From Nymphaea colorata (taxonomy: Eukaryota): 64,000 bases of DNA. The stretch is from the NCBI RefSeq assembly GCF_008831285.2, contig NC_045138.2, forward strand, positions 23,374,001 through 23,438,000. Reading direction: 5' to 3'. Positions 14,201 to 27,900 of the stretch are shown one piece after another; positions within the stretch are counted from its first letter, which is position 1; every line of letters begins with the position of its first letter. The translations under genes and the position numbers were made by a program. Below the pieces are notes generated by a model, which worked only from the letters and a program-made list of their open reading frames with translations, searched no databases and was not told the origin of the DNA.

Positions 14201-14662
14201 AATTCAAATAACAACCAGTCTTTAACAATAACCGAAAATCTGCTATGGCTTCAACTTTTGCCTTCTTGCCATCGCTCACATAGATGAATCTTTCAGCATC
14301 ATTTGGCATTCGACAATTTAGGCAGCCTTGCATAGAGACACTTATGTGAGTAGTAGCACCTGAATCTACTCACCAAGTGTTTCCGGGTACTGAAGTTAAA
14401 TTAACCTCAAAACAAACCAAAGTGAGAAGTTTACTCTTCTTTTCACGTCATGCGTGAAACTTAATACAATCCTTCTTTATATGACCCTCACCCTTACAAA
14501 AGAAGCAGCCTAATAGGCATTCCTTATGCTTCTTCTGTTTCTTAACAGATGATTGGTCAACAGCAACTTCCTTAACAGTCTTTCTTTTCTTACTTATAAG
14601 AATCGAATCATTCATCTCAGTAATAGTACTCAAATTTGCAAATATCATGGAAGCAGAATTCA
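11299..14662 (-). pseudogene. copia gag-pol pseudogene
   Basis: ORF fragments 14448-14792, 13833-14333, 12484-13773, 12026-12484, 11765-12004, 11299-11535; most of gag deleted near 14600; RNaseH segment missing near 11635. Confidence 0.9.
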
Positions 14663-16374
14663 CTGTACAAAGAACAAACCAAAGCATGCTCACAATCAAT
14701 ACATGTACAAAGATGAAATAACAAATATAAATGAATTTAAATACAATGGCCCAAAACCCATCACAAGGTACCGGTGCAACGTTAATATCCAATCTTTGGA
14801 TTGAAATACTAACTACAAGTGGTATTCTTGATCAACAATGAATATAGATAATTAACCCTGTCAAACAACGAGCCCATCTTTGGATTGACTCATTATCCAC
14901 ATGGAAACCTGAAAAATTATCACATATTCATTGCCATGTATACTTAAACCTGACCAAACAACAATCCTCCTTTGGGTTGATCATTGCTCGCATGGATCAA
15001 ATATACTATCATCTAATGTTCAAAACAGACAAGTTCGTACAACAGAGGTCACTTTGGCGACATATAGATACAAACTTACTCATTTCGAATAACAGACATG
15101 GCCAAAGATCAAATTCATAATCCAAACATTCATCTAAAGTACACCCACAACTTTAATGACATGCAAAAACATGATACATAAATTAAAGTTGAATAAAACA
15201 TTGTCCCTACATTGAATCCAAAACTAAAATGATTCAATGAAATGGTCCCAAAAGAGTCCAAAATTTTATAAACCGGTACCAAAAAAAACGCGCTTAAGTG
15301 CGTCAAGAACCACTGAATCGGCCTTAAAAAGGCCCGTATCGTTCTTAAACCACAACTAAAACACCCACATGGCCCTAAATAGGGCTGAACCGGTCTAAAA
15401 ATTGGACGAACCGGTAAAAAAGTAGACCGTATCGGTTCTAAAACCCACTGAACCGGTTAAAATAGGCTAAAATCAGTTCAAAAACTGTACGAACCGGTCT
15501 TAAAAGGTCCGAATCGGGTTCAAAATGAACGAACCGGTTCTAAAACTGAATGAACCGGTTCTATTTTTAAAAAAAAGGCCGTATGGATACGGGTCGGGTC
15601 CGATCTAAAAAATCAAACGCGGGCTGGCGGGCGAGCGGGCGATTTTTTTTTATGGATCTGGATCGGGTCTGTCAAGACCCGACCCACTGTCTCCCGCTCG
15701 ACGGCACGCAGGCAGCGAGACCGCCGCTCGCCCTGCCAAGCACCGAACGGCAGGCGAACGGCGTAACCGCCTCCGGGGGGCTAGGGTGGGCGCCGGCAGG
15801 TGGTACGGCGCTGTCCGGCGACGGGGAACTCCGCCGGCGGTGGAGATATGGAGGTGGGCACCGGAATCGGGCGAAGCCCTTTCTCCCGCTCCTCTGCCCT
15901 CCTTTGTTTGTTCCTTCAAAAAATAGACAGAGAAAACGAGCAGAGGTGTGTGAGCGCCGACCATCGCCCGAACCGGCGTGCGCTGCCCGCCGTGCCGCCA
16001 AAACGGCTGGCCCCAGCCGTTGCCCCTCTCTGTCGTCGCCTCCCCTTTTGTGTCTTCTTCTTCTTTCGTGGTTGCGACAGAAGCCCGACGGCTTCTGTCG
16101 CCCACGACCACAGGCTCAACAGCCGGTGGGTCACACCGCCCCTTCCGGTGATAGTGACCTCGCTTGCCGTTTCCCCTCCCTTTGTCCCTTTCTCTGGTTG
16201 CGAAGGAAGCCGACGGCTTCCATCGCGTAGAGGTCGTCACCCCCTTTCCTGTTGTTTTTTTTTTCTTCTTTTTTTTAACTCGCAGCCAAGAACAGGAAGA
16301 ATCGAACGAGAAGACGCACAACATCATCCAAAAAATTCAACGATTTAACGAAGAACATGAGCTCTGATACCAAA

Positions 16375-16794
16375 TGTTGGAATTTCTCCCCTTCATGCAT
16401 ATACAAAACTAAACGTATATACCCTAAAACAGGATCATGCTCATGTTAAATCATTGAAATAAACAAAACCTTAAACTGAAGCGGAACCGTACCTGAATCC
16501 ATCTGAAGTGCGCGTCAGGTCTCTCTCAGATGGGGAAGAGAAAACCCTAGAAACCAAAAACAAGTGTTCTCACGACCCAAGGACCACTACCATTATATGA
16601 GGACAATTACGGATTCGACCCATCAAAGAGTCCGTAATTGCGTACTGGCGTCTATACATTTCAAAATTACCCCATACCATCTAAAATGACGTAATATCCC
16701 AAAATGTAATCACTTAAGCGGATATTTACGTTAAGACAGCCATAATGTCTGAAATTCCTCATAAACATATGCCGGCCCACCAAATGATCTTACA
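16375..16794 (-). repeat. 5' LTR (420 bp)
   Basis: Direct repeat of 10427-10894; adjacent to PBS. Confidence 0.93.
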
Positions 16795-16899
16795 TTTCCT
16801 TGATTGAAATCTTAATTCATATTCTCAGAAAAATTGACAGTTTGAGAATTGAAGTTCTCTTTATTCCCGAATATATGAAGTTGAGTTTGTTTGTGTTGT

Positions 16900-17180
16900 G
16901 TGCTTTGGTTCGAGCCTTAAGGACCCATGCTGCAGTAATAGTTAACGTTATCGAGCTTGCTTAAACAAGATAGACGAGTTTAACAAGCTTCAACGACACT
17001 CAACAAGTTAATGAACGGCAAGTTATTGTAAAGCTTGGAAAAGAATTAAGCTATTAGCTCATTGAGCTGAGCTCGAGCTTAACATTCAACTGCCAACTCG
17101 AGCTTGGCATTGACTCATAAAATGATAAAGCTCGAGCTCAGCTCAAACTCGAGGTGAACGAAATTAAATTAAATTGGAGC
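16900..17180. repeat. CTCGAG/GAGCT-rich MITE fragment (similar tract at ~5400-5610)
   Basis: Dense GAGCTCGAGCT motifs typical of DNA-transposon subterminal repeats; ends unresolved. Confidence 0.5.
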
Positions 17181-17894
17181 TAAAACGAAAAAACTATGTG
17201 TATTGAATATTAGGGCACTGAAAACGGAGTCCATTGCACACGGAGGACAAATTCCAAGTGTTTGTAGCCACAGTGCTTTGAATATTGGGATGGTTAGATT
17301 TGTCATGGTTTTTGTAATGAAGGTTATTTACACAATAGTAGTTCTGCATTTTGCTGAAGTAACAGGGCGAGTTCGTTGCACTTTGTGCCTAGTATTACAG
17401 TTGCATTTAATGTGGCCTTTGCATGCATTATCATATTTAGAAATGAGAGCATTACCATTATATTGCATGACAAAAGCAATTGATTCCTTTTTCTTCCGAC
17501 AGACCAATCAGATACGTGTGCACACGTTCAGGCTTTTCATATATAATATTTTTGAAGGACACCCACGTTTGTTTTTTGAGATATGTGAATCCACTAAAAC
17601 ATGGGGTTGGAAGTATGACCGGTGTGGGCAAGCGGAGAAGCTGATATGTGCGGTAAGTTCTTTTAACATAATTTTTGTTAATATATTAGTGAATAATTTC
17701 TTCAAACTTTAGGCATTCCTTAATTTACAAAAGAAACATGGAGATGGGATCTGATGCTACAAACATGGAGAACAAAAAAAAAAAAAAGATTGATTATTGA
17801 AAAAATAAAGGAAAAACATGCCAGCGGTTTGTTGATTGTATAAATAACTGTTTTTCTTCCCTTCTCCTTATTATAATAATAATACTATGACAAT

Positions 17895-18195
17895 GAGGTT
17901 GGGCAACGGGCTGGCCTTACCCTATTCAAACTTGGGATCGAACCGGCCCATGGCACATGCCTGCCTGCTGCCCTAGCCTCAGCCCTGAGCCGGACCATCG
18001 AGGTCTATGCCTATGCCCTCCCCGTCTCGATCATTTAAAATATATACATCTAACATACATACGACATTTATAATGAAAAATATAAAAAAATATATACCAG
18101 CCCGGCCGGTACACCCTGTGGCCCCTTTTCAATGTTCAGACTAGCCTTGGCTTGAGCTCAGTACACGAAAACTCGTTTATCTGGCCCGACACCCA
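17895..18195. repeat. GGCCC/GGGCT-rich MITE-like element upstream of the WD40 gene (similar tract ~57330-57655)
   Basis: GC-rich arms around an AT-rich core. Confidence 0.45.
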
Positions 18196-18416
18196 CTCTT
18201 ACTCATCGACCACTAAAAAACTCGAACTTCAACATTCAATATTTTCCTGAAGTATGATTTCAAGATTAAATGAAATTTCCCCTCTTCCACTTTTTCTAAA
18301 AAAAAAAAAAAAAATTCTCCGAAGTTTGGTGTGTAGTTAAAAAGTTAACCAAATCTGCCGCCTCCGAGTACGGAGGTGGTGCGTAGCATAGGTTTCGCTG
18401 TGGACCCCATCCCGCG

Positions 18417-18424
18417 GCGGGAAA
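18417..18424 (-). promoter_or_regulatory. Canonical E2F binding site TTTCCCGC upstream of the WD40 gene
   Basis: GCGGGAAA on + strand, about 95 bp before the ATG, in a GC-rich proximal promoter. Confidence 0.5.
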
Positions 18425-18518
18425 GAATCGATGACCCTGAGTCTTGCCATTTCCCTCCAAAAACGTTTGTCGTTCTTGAACTCACTCTCTTCCTCGTCTC
18501 CTTCCCGTTCCCAACCTA

Positions 18519-18574
18519 ATGGAGAATTTCGTGATTCGCGAGAGCTCGCCACCCAAAGGAAGACCGCATGCCGG
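18519..18574 (+). CDS. WD40 gene exon 1 (MENFVIRESSPPKGRPHA)
   Basis: ATG after a CT-rich leader; donor GG|GTATGT; phase matches exon 2. Confidence 0.8.
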
Positions 18575-21500
18575 GTATGTAATGCGCTCTTCTTTTTTTT
18601 CATGGGTCGTGTCTCCCAAAGGTTTCCCATACACCGCGATCCTGCCCTCCTTTTGATGTCCATTGTTTTGTGGTGGGGATGTTGTGCTCACGTCTTTGGA
18701 ATTCCAGGCTGCGGTGGAAGCGGAGCATGGTCGAGATCTCGGGGTGGTGTCCGAGGAAGTATCGCCACGAACTGTCGGCTCTTTTGCATCAATCCTATTC
18801 TGAGGTGATTGCTCCTTTGGATCATTAGATTCTTTTGCGCGTTCAATTTTTCCTGTCTAATTGGTTTGGTAGATACCTTCTTTGGTAATAGCCCATTTGT
18901 AAGGCGTTAGGAAGATGAACCAAAATCAAGGGATTCTCAGCAACCTACGGATTGATAGAAGGAAATGAAATTTGTATGAATCTTGTTCTTGGTGATCTTA
19001 TCTAGACCCTTTTATGCTTGTTTCTATGCTGGTTGAACTTACTACTTGGGATGTGAGATTGTGGATTTGTTAGAATCTCTGTTTTTGATAAAAGTGTTTG
19101 GACACGTTCTTTATCTGAAATGGTTTATCATTGGAGATATATTCCGGGTGGGGGGTGAGGGGGATGATCATCATATGCCTGCTTCAAGGGTTTGAGCATT
19201 TTTTAGCTATTTTGGAGAGTATTATGTTGGAGCAGTTCATAATGACATGAATATAATTATAGACATGGACATGAAACAAAACATGACGTCCATATAAAAA
19301 TTGGAGCGTGGTAAAAACTATTCTTTGGATACTTTAATTTGTATGATTTGAGATTGCTATCAAGATTTTCTTTTAAATATCATAACTTTTTATTTATTTT
19401 ATGTATGTATACATTCTTTTAAATGGTAAAAACTAAAATACGGACTTCCCTACACGGGTATACACATGTTAATGGTTTTTATCAAGTTTCAATAGGCACA
19501 TAGACTTTTTAAATGTTCTTGATGAAATATAAACATTAAAGAACAAAGGTAGGGAAGTGATTTATGCCACTAGTGTTAAATATTCCTTCATCTAGGCTGT
19601 GAATTGTAAAGAGTACTAAATGAAAAACCACCTTTAGCATCCTCTTTGTCCTGCCTAATAAATTATGGTGGAACTGCAACTCTAGAACCTATCCATCTAA
19701 ATGCTCAGAAAGATCTTGACTCTTTATAAAAGGAATGATTTGTCTTGTCCAAGTTAGACAATTTGAGCAGTTGAGTTTTTGAGACAAGTTGGTTGAAAAA
19801 ATTGGAGGAAAGACCAAGTAGAATAATCCATAGCTAGAAAAGAAGTATGGCACACTGAATGAACTAAACCAAGGAATGGAGAAAATGAGTGGAACAAAAG
19901 AAAAATCAGAAAACTCAACTAGGTGGACTGGGCAAAGGGTCAGGTTGGAAGAAATAAGAAATACAAACTAGATGCAATTTAAATAGATTTCATTCAGGAG
20001 GAAATGATTCAGATTTGATTAGATAGATGCTTAGAGACAACTCAACCATGTGATAAGGGAAGAGAATATGAAATCCAAATAGAAGGGAGAAAAATATTCT
20101 AGACTTGGCAATGTTTGATTTTTTGGGTGATACCTTTTGGAAAAAAATGCAGCTTCTCAAAGATAGAGAAAGGACAAGAGACATGATATGAATTCACAGC
20201 CGCAATGTGAGGCACAAAGCCGCAATTTATTAACCTTATATGAGGGTTAATCCACACACAATAATACAGTAATACTTTTGGTTTGTAACATGTTTTACTC
20301 AAGTAACATAAACATGTAGATCTCAATCATGTTTGAGCTGGTCTCCCAATTCAGACATGTCATGTTTCAACAGTCATCCCTAACAAGGATTATCAGTGCA
20401 TACAAACCCTCAGTGACGGGTTTGAGGCTTGCAGTTGCAGCCTACTGGATTACTGATATGAAGATATTTGTCTCATAAACAAATCACCTAGTAGTCATGG
20501 TTCTGCTTTTGAAACTGCTTTAAGGTTGCAACAAGCTTTGCTACTTTTAACTGCCAAGAACAACATGGTCAAATATTTCCTAATGGTCACTGCCCTATCC
20601 AAAGTTATATGATTGTCTGCTTTTCTTTACATCATTGTTATTTTTGATACCTGATATGGCTGTCTATTCAGTATTGTCAGTATTCTATTTCTTGTAGTCA
20701 CCCTTGCTGTTATTTGCTTATCCTATCTATTAAATTGATATGTTTCACATCTAAATAACTTTGTTATCATGTGCAAGATAGGAGCTTTCAGCCATTCATA
20801 CACAATTGGTGGACAGGTCTGTTTGACCCAGGTACTAAGATTAAAGAATCTTTTGGTTGCTACTTCTCTCCCTTTCCTACCTTCTTTATTACCTCTTCAT
20901 AAAATAAAAAAATCATTTCGAAATGTTTTTTGTGGCATGCAGTTGGATTTTACATCACGCAATGTAGCAGTGGATGTTGAGCCAACCAGCATGCAAAGGT
21001 AAGTAGATAACTTTTCACTCTCATGTTTTTTTGAACTCATTCAGGCTGTATTATGCTAATCACATGCTTCCTCTTCTGCTATTTGAAAGAAGGTTGAAGC
21101 TTCTCTCATGATCACATATATCAATCTGTATGTGTCTATGGAGTTAACTAGTTAATAACTTAATAGCAAGCAGCTAAATGATCTGGTTAGTTGGTATCTA
21201 CCTAGACCTAGAGTAACTTAGCTAATTGAGAAGTGACTATATATATGCATGTGTGTATATGTGTGTGTGTGTGTGTCTCTCTCTCTCTCTTATATATATA
21301 CATATATAGAGTTCAGTGCCGCCGTGTGTCGGCTGTTGCCGGATGGTTAAAATATAAAAACTTGTTGCTAGAAAACAGTCACTAAATTGGTATTAGCCAT
21401 GTCATGATGCGGCAACCGTTTATGGTAACTTTAGCAACAATTTATAGTTTTTTTGGTTATGAAGTTTGAAATTTAGCCATCTGGCAAATATCCGGCATGG

Positions 21501-21634
21501 TAGCATTGACTTTTCCTACCCACACACACACACATATGTATATCACAATTATTCAGAAAATTATTCTTTAGAATATTTTAATTTTTTGAGGTTTCTTGCG
21601 TTTTAATATCCGGCATGGTAGCATTGACTTTTCC

Positions 21635-21673
<39 letters not shown>

Positions 21674-21867
21674 GCATTGACTTTTTTTAATTTTTTGAGG
21701 TTTCTTTAGAAAATTATTATGAACTTTATCCATGTTTTTATAAGAAAATAGTAGGAAACTCAAATTTTCATTTTTCCATTATTGTTCATACTTTTAAGTT
21801 CTCTAGATTTTCTTAAAAAAATTCTTGATTGATACTTGAAGAAAAACCTCACTGATAAAAACCCGAG

Positions 21868-21905
<38 letters not shown>

Positions 21906-24900
21906 TGCATACTTACTACCACAATGTGCACATATGATAAACTCTAAAACCTTATTACATTGTCTTTTAATAGGTGAATGGGGTTATGTTTTTTCACCGC
22001 CTCTTTCATGTTATTGCTGTCTGTACTTGCAGGACTGGTATCTCTGGACTTGAATTTGACTCTAAGGTGAGTCTTTCTATGCTTTCAGAAAAAGAGAAAA
22101 GACCATATTATATTTCATTGCAGTTTTTTATCTCTATAATATTAAGCAGAGTAATTAGTGTACATTGCTCAATATTCTACTTTTGAATACACATCACAGG
22201 TATTGCCCTTAGGGTTTCATTAGATTGTCTCACCTGGTTGGTGGCAAGTTCCCTTTCAATTTTCTTTCCTTAGTAATCTTTGTTTCTTCTTACTGGATTA
22301 GTTTTGTTGAAGGAAAATATAATAAAAAGAGCACAATCAGTTGATAGTTGGCATCAAATGGTTAGTGTCCATTATTCCAGATGTTTAAATTTGGTTCTAA
22401 GGTGACATCATATTTTTTTCATTGTGAACATGTGATCAAGTGCAATTATGTCTTAGGAAGGCTAAAATGCAGAAATATTGAGAAATCATGTATTTCATTA
22501 CAGTTCTCCAAGAATTGTAAAAGAAACATGGTTATCTACATGTTTTTTTCTTTCATTTTACCACTTTTAATTCTTCTTGTTACTTTGTCTACATGTCTGA
22601 GACTCTGAGCTTGCTTGTTTGCAGGATTATAACAGGCCCTTATAGCCATCTGTATAGCCAATAGATTTGCATTTGCAAGCTTTATCACAAAATTATTACA
22701 CACAGAATTGTCTATGTGTACATAATTCATTATAATTGGAATGAGCACCAGACAATACAAAATAAGGCAGGTTATTACCTAAAACTGTCATGGGGAACCA
22801 ATTTATAAGACAACTTAATGGTAAGATTTTTCTATACATAGGCCAATGAGAAAATTACTATTATGGACATTACATTCTTATAAGAGGACGATACTTTCGC
22901 TCAGCTATACTAGTTTGTTGAGGTGAATGTGGGGAAGAAAGTAGGGATGGAATGGACACACCTATACAGAAAACAGTCAAATGCCTGTGTGAGAGTTCTA
23001 ACAGACAAGGCTCTTCAAGATGCTGAAAAGTCTAAGTTTTATATTATATGTGATGATTTGTAGGTTGTCATTTGCTGGTCTTTATCATACTTATAAGAGA
23101 TGGAGGTCTGGTTTTCTCTTTATCTGTGAAATGGAAAAACAAAACCCAAGCTGTGAAAGGATATACAATTTAGGCTGTTTGTGGTTCTCCTAAAGCATGT
23201 CTATGGAGTTCATGATCATATATGATGAGTTTCATGGACCTTTCTCTTTTCCTTTTCTTTGATGATTTTTTTTTAATTTCAAAATATTAATTGGGCCTTT
23301 TTAGGGGATTTATGTCGCATCTATAACAAAAGCTGGATGTTTGTCTGTCCATGATTTTGAATCCCTCTATTGCCAGACAAAGGTTCTCCCAAGTAAGCAA
23401 GCATAAGTTTGATTTCTTGTCTTATTTTTTTGGGTTGTTGAATCATGTAGGTAACTGTATTGTATATATACTTTGCCTACAGGCAAATTCTACTTCAACT
23501 TTAAGGAATGCTATGTCCCAATGTTTGAGTTCTTAAATAATGCTGCTACAATTTGCCTTGAAATATGTGTATACATGTATATATGTGTGTTCATGCATGC
23601 CTGCATTTATGTGTAGATACATGTGTGTGTGTGTATGTGCACACCTTGTATGTTTCTATTCACGTATGAGTGGATGTGTGTGCTCTATATGCATTAAATC
23701 CACTTCAAAATGGCAATGTGTAAGCCTCAACACTGACTTATTTATGCTTAGTCCTCATTTTAAAGATTTCTCATATTAGCATCCTTATTCCACCGTAACA
23801 GGTTCGGTGTCTTGTTGGCTGTTGCTTAAACCACTAGTGGAGTCTGTGATTAGTACAGAGGACTAGAGAAGAGCACATTGTCTTTCTGACTTTTCTTTTT
23901 CTTAATAATCCTTCCCTTCTTATGGGCCTTCTCTAATGCTTCCTTACCTTCTTCTTAGGTGCTTTAGGCTGAGTGCAAGGTAAGTCCTCTCCTAAGTTTA
24001 CAAGGCTCACACTCTCCTAAAAGAATTCACAAAACTGCAGCACAAAGGTTTCACATACAAAGCGAACAACAATTCCAACAAACTGAATATTATTAAAAAA
24101 TGCTTAACAAATGCAATTAAGTACAAAAAATTAAAAGATACAAAATTGACAAAATGTATGTATACATATTTAACACCCTCTCGAAGTTTGTGTGGTAGCT
24201 TCTGAATTCTGATGACCTGTCTGAGACAGACACTCAGAAAGACGTGAGGTTTCAGAGTGTTTGTCCATAACCACCGTGTTCATTTGAAGTGGACATGATG
24301 TCTAAGACCTTATTTTCAGTATTTTTTTTAGATGATGTAAAGAAGAAAGTGAGATATATTACATGCAAAGGCATAATTTGTTAACATAACGACAAAAAGT
24401 GCCAGCATGAATAATGTGTTAAATGTATAAATAAAATTTGATCTGCTTTATACATTTCATAAATTACAAAAGTTTTATTTATTTATTTTTTATAGGGGCA
24501 ATCTCATAATATATTTTTGTCCAATTATTACGGCAGATAAATGCCTGCATCTCTTTTGTTTCTTGAATTGATTAGCAGGTTATAAACAGCAAGCAACCCT
24601 GCAGGCCATTAAATACCTCAAATGCTTTTGCTCAAGCACATGCACCCAAAAAGGATTTTCCACTATTTATATTTCCCATATCTTGCCAAAATATTAATTA
24701 AAGCTTTTAGAATAATAACGTTTGTGTTTTTGTCTTTTGTTTCGTTCTCCTTTGGAAAATATCAGCTCTTTTGAGGACATTTGTATTTTAAATGGAGCTG
24801 GGCATGACCTGTTTTTTTTTTGTTAACAGGTTCGCTTGATGATGGATCAAAAGAATTGTTGCATCTATCCGTTTCTCAGCAACTTGATGGTGTCAAATGG

Positions 24901-27900
24901 AATCAGGCTAATGAAGATGAGGTTATTGATATTATAATTTCTTGCTTTTGATATTATAATTTCTTGCTTTCTGTTACTTGGGTATACAATATGAGAATAA
25001 GCTTTTTCTCAAAGCTTGCAATCACAATTTTTCTCCAGCTGCGTGTAATGTGTGTAAACTGCAAATGCAACCATAGTCACAGAAAATGTGTGTGTGTTTT
25101 TTTTTAAAAACGCGATAAATTAAATGGCCGTTTAAAACAAAAAAAAATACTTTTTTGAAAAAAACGTTAAAAGCGAAAAAACTTGTTTTTAACCCATTTT
25201 TAATGCGTTTTTTTTCGCATTTTTTCACTTTTTTTAACTTTTTTCATTTTTTCAGTTTCTTAATGCCAAACAGTTTTTTTGTTTCCTATTTTTTTATTTG
25301 TTGCGAATCTACTTTATCTTTTGATGTTTGTGTTATTAGTTTCTCACTTATTTTATTTTTCCCTTATTTTTAGTTTTTTAAAATTTTAAAAAATTGCCCT
25401 TATTTTTCCTGTTTTTTTTTCAAGCTCGCCATATTATACCCGAGAAAAACCTCGCCGTTTGAAACTCCGAGACGTTATTTGTGACTATGTTGTAAAGCAA
25501 CTATAGACCTAATGGGGAACTGATAAAACCTATCTTTCAATTGTACCTTGAAATTGGTGAATCTAGTTAGTTCAATTCTCTTTTGTTTGACATGTTTGTC
25601 TCAATCATGCCAATTTGGTAATTAACCACTTTCATTTAAGTATCTTGGGAGTCCAGGCTTATGACTTCTTATTTGGCAATATGTTTATTATGTGATTTAT
25701 GCTACTAAATGAATCCTTGCGAAACCACAAAGTGTCAGTGTCGTGCATTAGACACTGGTGTTGACACTCACATGCACCATAGCTAGGGCACATGGTTTTT
25801 GTAGCATAGAACAGTGCTTAAAAACTTGCCGAGTCAACTCGTTGACTCGCCTTGGCTCGCCCCTACTGGGTCAACTCAGTAGGGGGGCTCGGTTTAAACA
25901 AAAACTTGGTAAGACTCAATAGAACTTGCCTTGGACTTAGTTTGACTCAGCCAAGTCACGAGTCAAGGAAGACTCGCCCGAATTCTGTTGAGTTTTGTAT
26001 GTAGTGTAATACAAAAAAAAAAACTAAAATGTGCAAACGGGGTTTTGATTAATAAAAGCATGTTATAAAAAAGACGAAAACCTAAACCCTCGTTTGATTC
26101 TCTTCTTCTCAACGGCAAAAGACAAGGGAGAATGACATTGAACCCTCATCTACTGTTTCCATCCATATTTCCAGCTAGAATGGAGATTCTGACGTCTGCA
26201 CCCGCGTCAATAGAAAAATCGGTTTCTCTGATATGTTATTCTTGTTTTCTCACTTTATTTTCCAACCTTTCTGTTTCCGAACGATTCGGATTGATTAACT
26301 TAACTCTTTTTAGTTTTTCCGGTCACCGCCATTCCGATGTGTTCTCTCTCTCTTTCCAGTATCTCTGTGTCCTCTTTCTTTTCTCCCTCTGTTGGTTCAT
26401 ACTCTTATGGAAGTATTCCCAAACTTGTCGCTCTCTCTCTATGTTTTTCTCTCTGCTCTCTTTTGCAGCCTTGCTCTGCTCCTGCCCCTTTCTCTCTGAC
26501 TCTTTCTCTCTATTTATCTCTCCCTCCCTCTCAGCGGGGCTCTCTTTGTTCATAGTTCTCATTCTTTTCATGTTTCAACTGAATGCATATTCTGTTTCTC
26601 GTTTATTTCTTCTAATTCTCGTCATTGTTTAATTGATACGGTTCTACTATCAACCTGCTGTCTCTCCATTTTTTTATTTTTATCATTAGTTTCAACTGAT
26701 GCATATTCTGTTTCTATGACTTCATTTGACATTAATTTGACTTGTTTTTTAATCATGTAAGAAAAGTTAAGTCATTTTACATTTTTTAAAATTAAAAAAC
26801 AAGTTAAATATTGTTATCCTTTTTTAAAAAAGTTAACATAACCCGGTCGAAGCCACCGAGTTGACCCGCCGAGTCACGAGTCAAGATCAGCCAAGTCGAT
26901 TCCTGAGTCACTGGGTTTTAAAACCTTGGCATAGAATGACAGAAAGTCTCAAATTTGAGGAGAAAAATCAGGTCTTATCTATGGAGAGCAATGTTCTAAA
27001 CCTAGTGACTTGGGATTTCACTTGTCATTGATTCGTGATGCAACATCTCAACTCAGTAAGTTAGACTAGGTTTCGTTAACTACTGTTTTTGAAAGAAAAT
27101 CAATATGTAACTTATCATTTAAACATAACGAATTTTTAGGTAACTTGCTTACTTGTATAATTCAGAGATAAGTCAATTACTGTTATCAAATTCCAGCCTG
27201 CATTTCTATCAATTAACAGAAGACTCATAGATAACTTAGGTTTGGGTTCATAAGCAGTGATTATCCTATCAGATCTTGCTTTTGCTATGGCTCTTTCACA
27301 GATGTTTTGCTAGCAGCAGTGTGTCTTGATCAATGTCTTATTTTTGTCAGGGGACTAGGTCCTTTATTTGATTGAAAGTTGAAACTAACTGCAGAATAGG
27401 TAAGGGATCTATGTGGATACAAGCCAAAGGTGAGCTGCTGCTGTTGATCAGGTTTTTCACATTGCTTTGCTTTCACGGGGCAGTTGATGAAGGAGCTTGC
27501 CTAAGAAAGGTTGCTAAGCAGCACAGGGGCATTTAGCTTATAGAGCAACCTAAGGTTCAGTGGGGGCATGCAGCCCCAAAGGTGGTAGCTGATCTTTCAA
27601 TAGCTCATGCAAGTCATGGCAGCAGCAGGTTGAGGGTGACACAGTAGTTCATTAATGGCAGAGACAAAGTACCCATTTTAGGTACGGGTACGGTGACACG
27701 GGTACGTGGACCTTACTGAAGTACCCATGTGACTTAGGCGGTGGGAGAAGCAATGGCGACAATACTTGTTCAACAAAAAACAAAAAATCAGAACCTCGTT
27801 CGCTTTGATACCATGTTGAAATGTAGAATCGAGTAGTGCAATAGAAATTGAAGATGAATGTAACGTGGAAACCCTCGACTTGAGGGAAGAAAAACCACGA

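Larger units (their letters stand above)
10427..16794 (-). mobile_element. Full-length degenerate Ty1/copia LTR retrotransposon (possibly Ikeros lineage)
   Basis: LTRs 10427-10894 and 16375-16794 (TG...CA); PBS TGGTATCAGAGC (16361-16372, tRNA-iMet); PPT ~10895-10905; flanks TTTTC/TTTCC; gag zinc knuckle CFFCKGEGHIKKDC, protease DSGATTH, integrase [10 protein letters not shown] / [18 protein letters not shown] / KSIYGLKQASRQW, RNaseH KHIDIK / IADPLTK. Lineage is a recollection-level guess. Confidence 0.95.

Noticed and set aside
14783..15061. Regularly spaced repeats as a CRISPR-like array
   Set aside because: Eukaryotic retrotransposon context, repeats conserved only in the loop, no cas genes
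15583..16367. Overlapping 180-225 aa ORFs on both strands
   Set aside because: GC-rich copia 5' leader with few stop codons; low-complexity translations with no domain motifs
19540..20200. Possible LINE fragment in intron 2
   Set aside because: No convincing RT or endonuclease motif recovered by eye
26132..26632. 166-aa hydrophobic ORF
   Set aside because: CT-rich interior of a hAT-type element; compositional artefact
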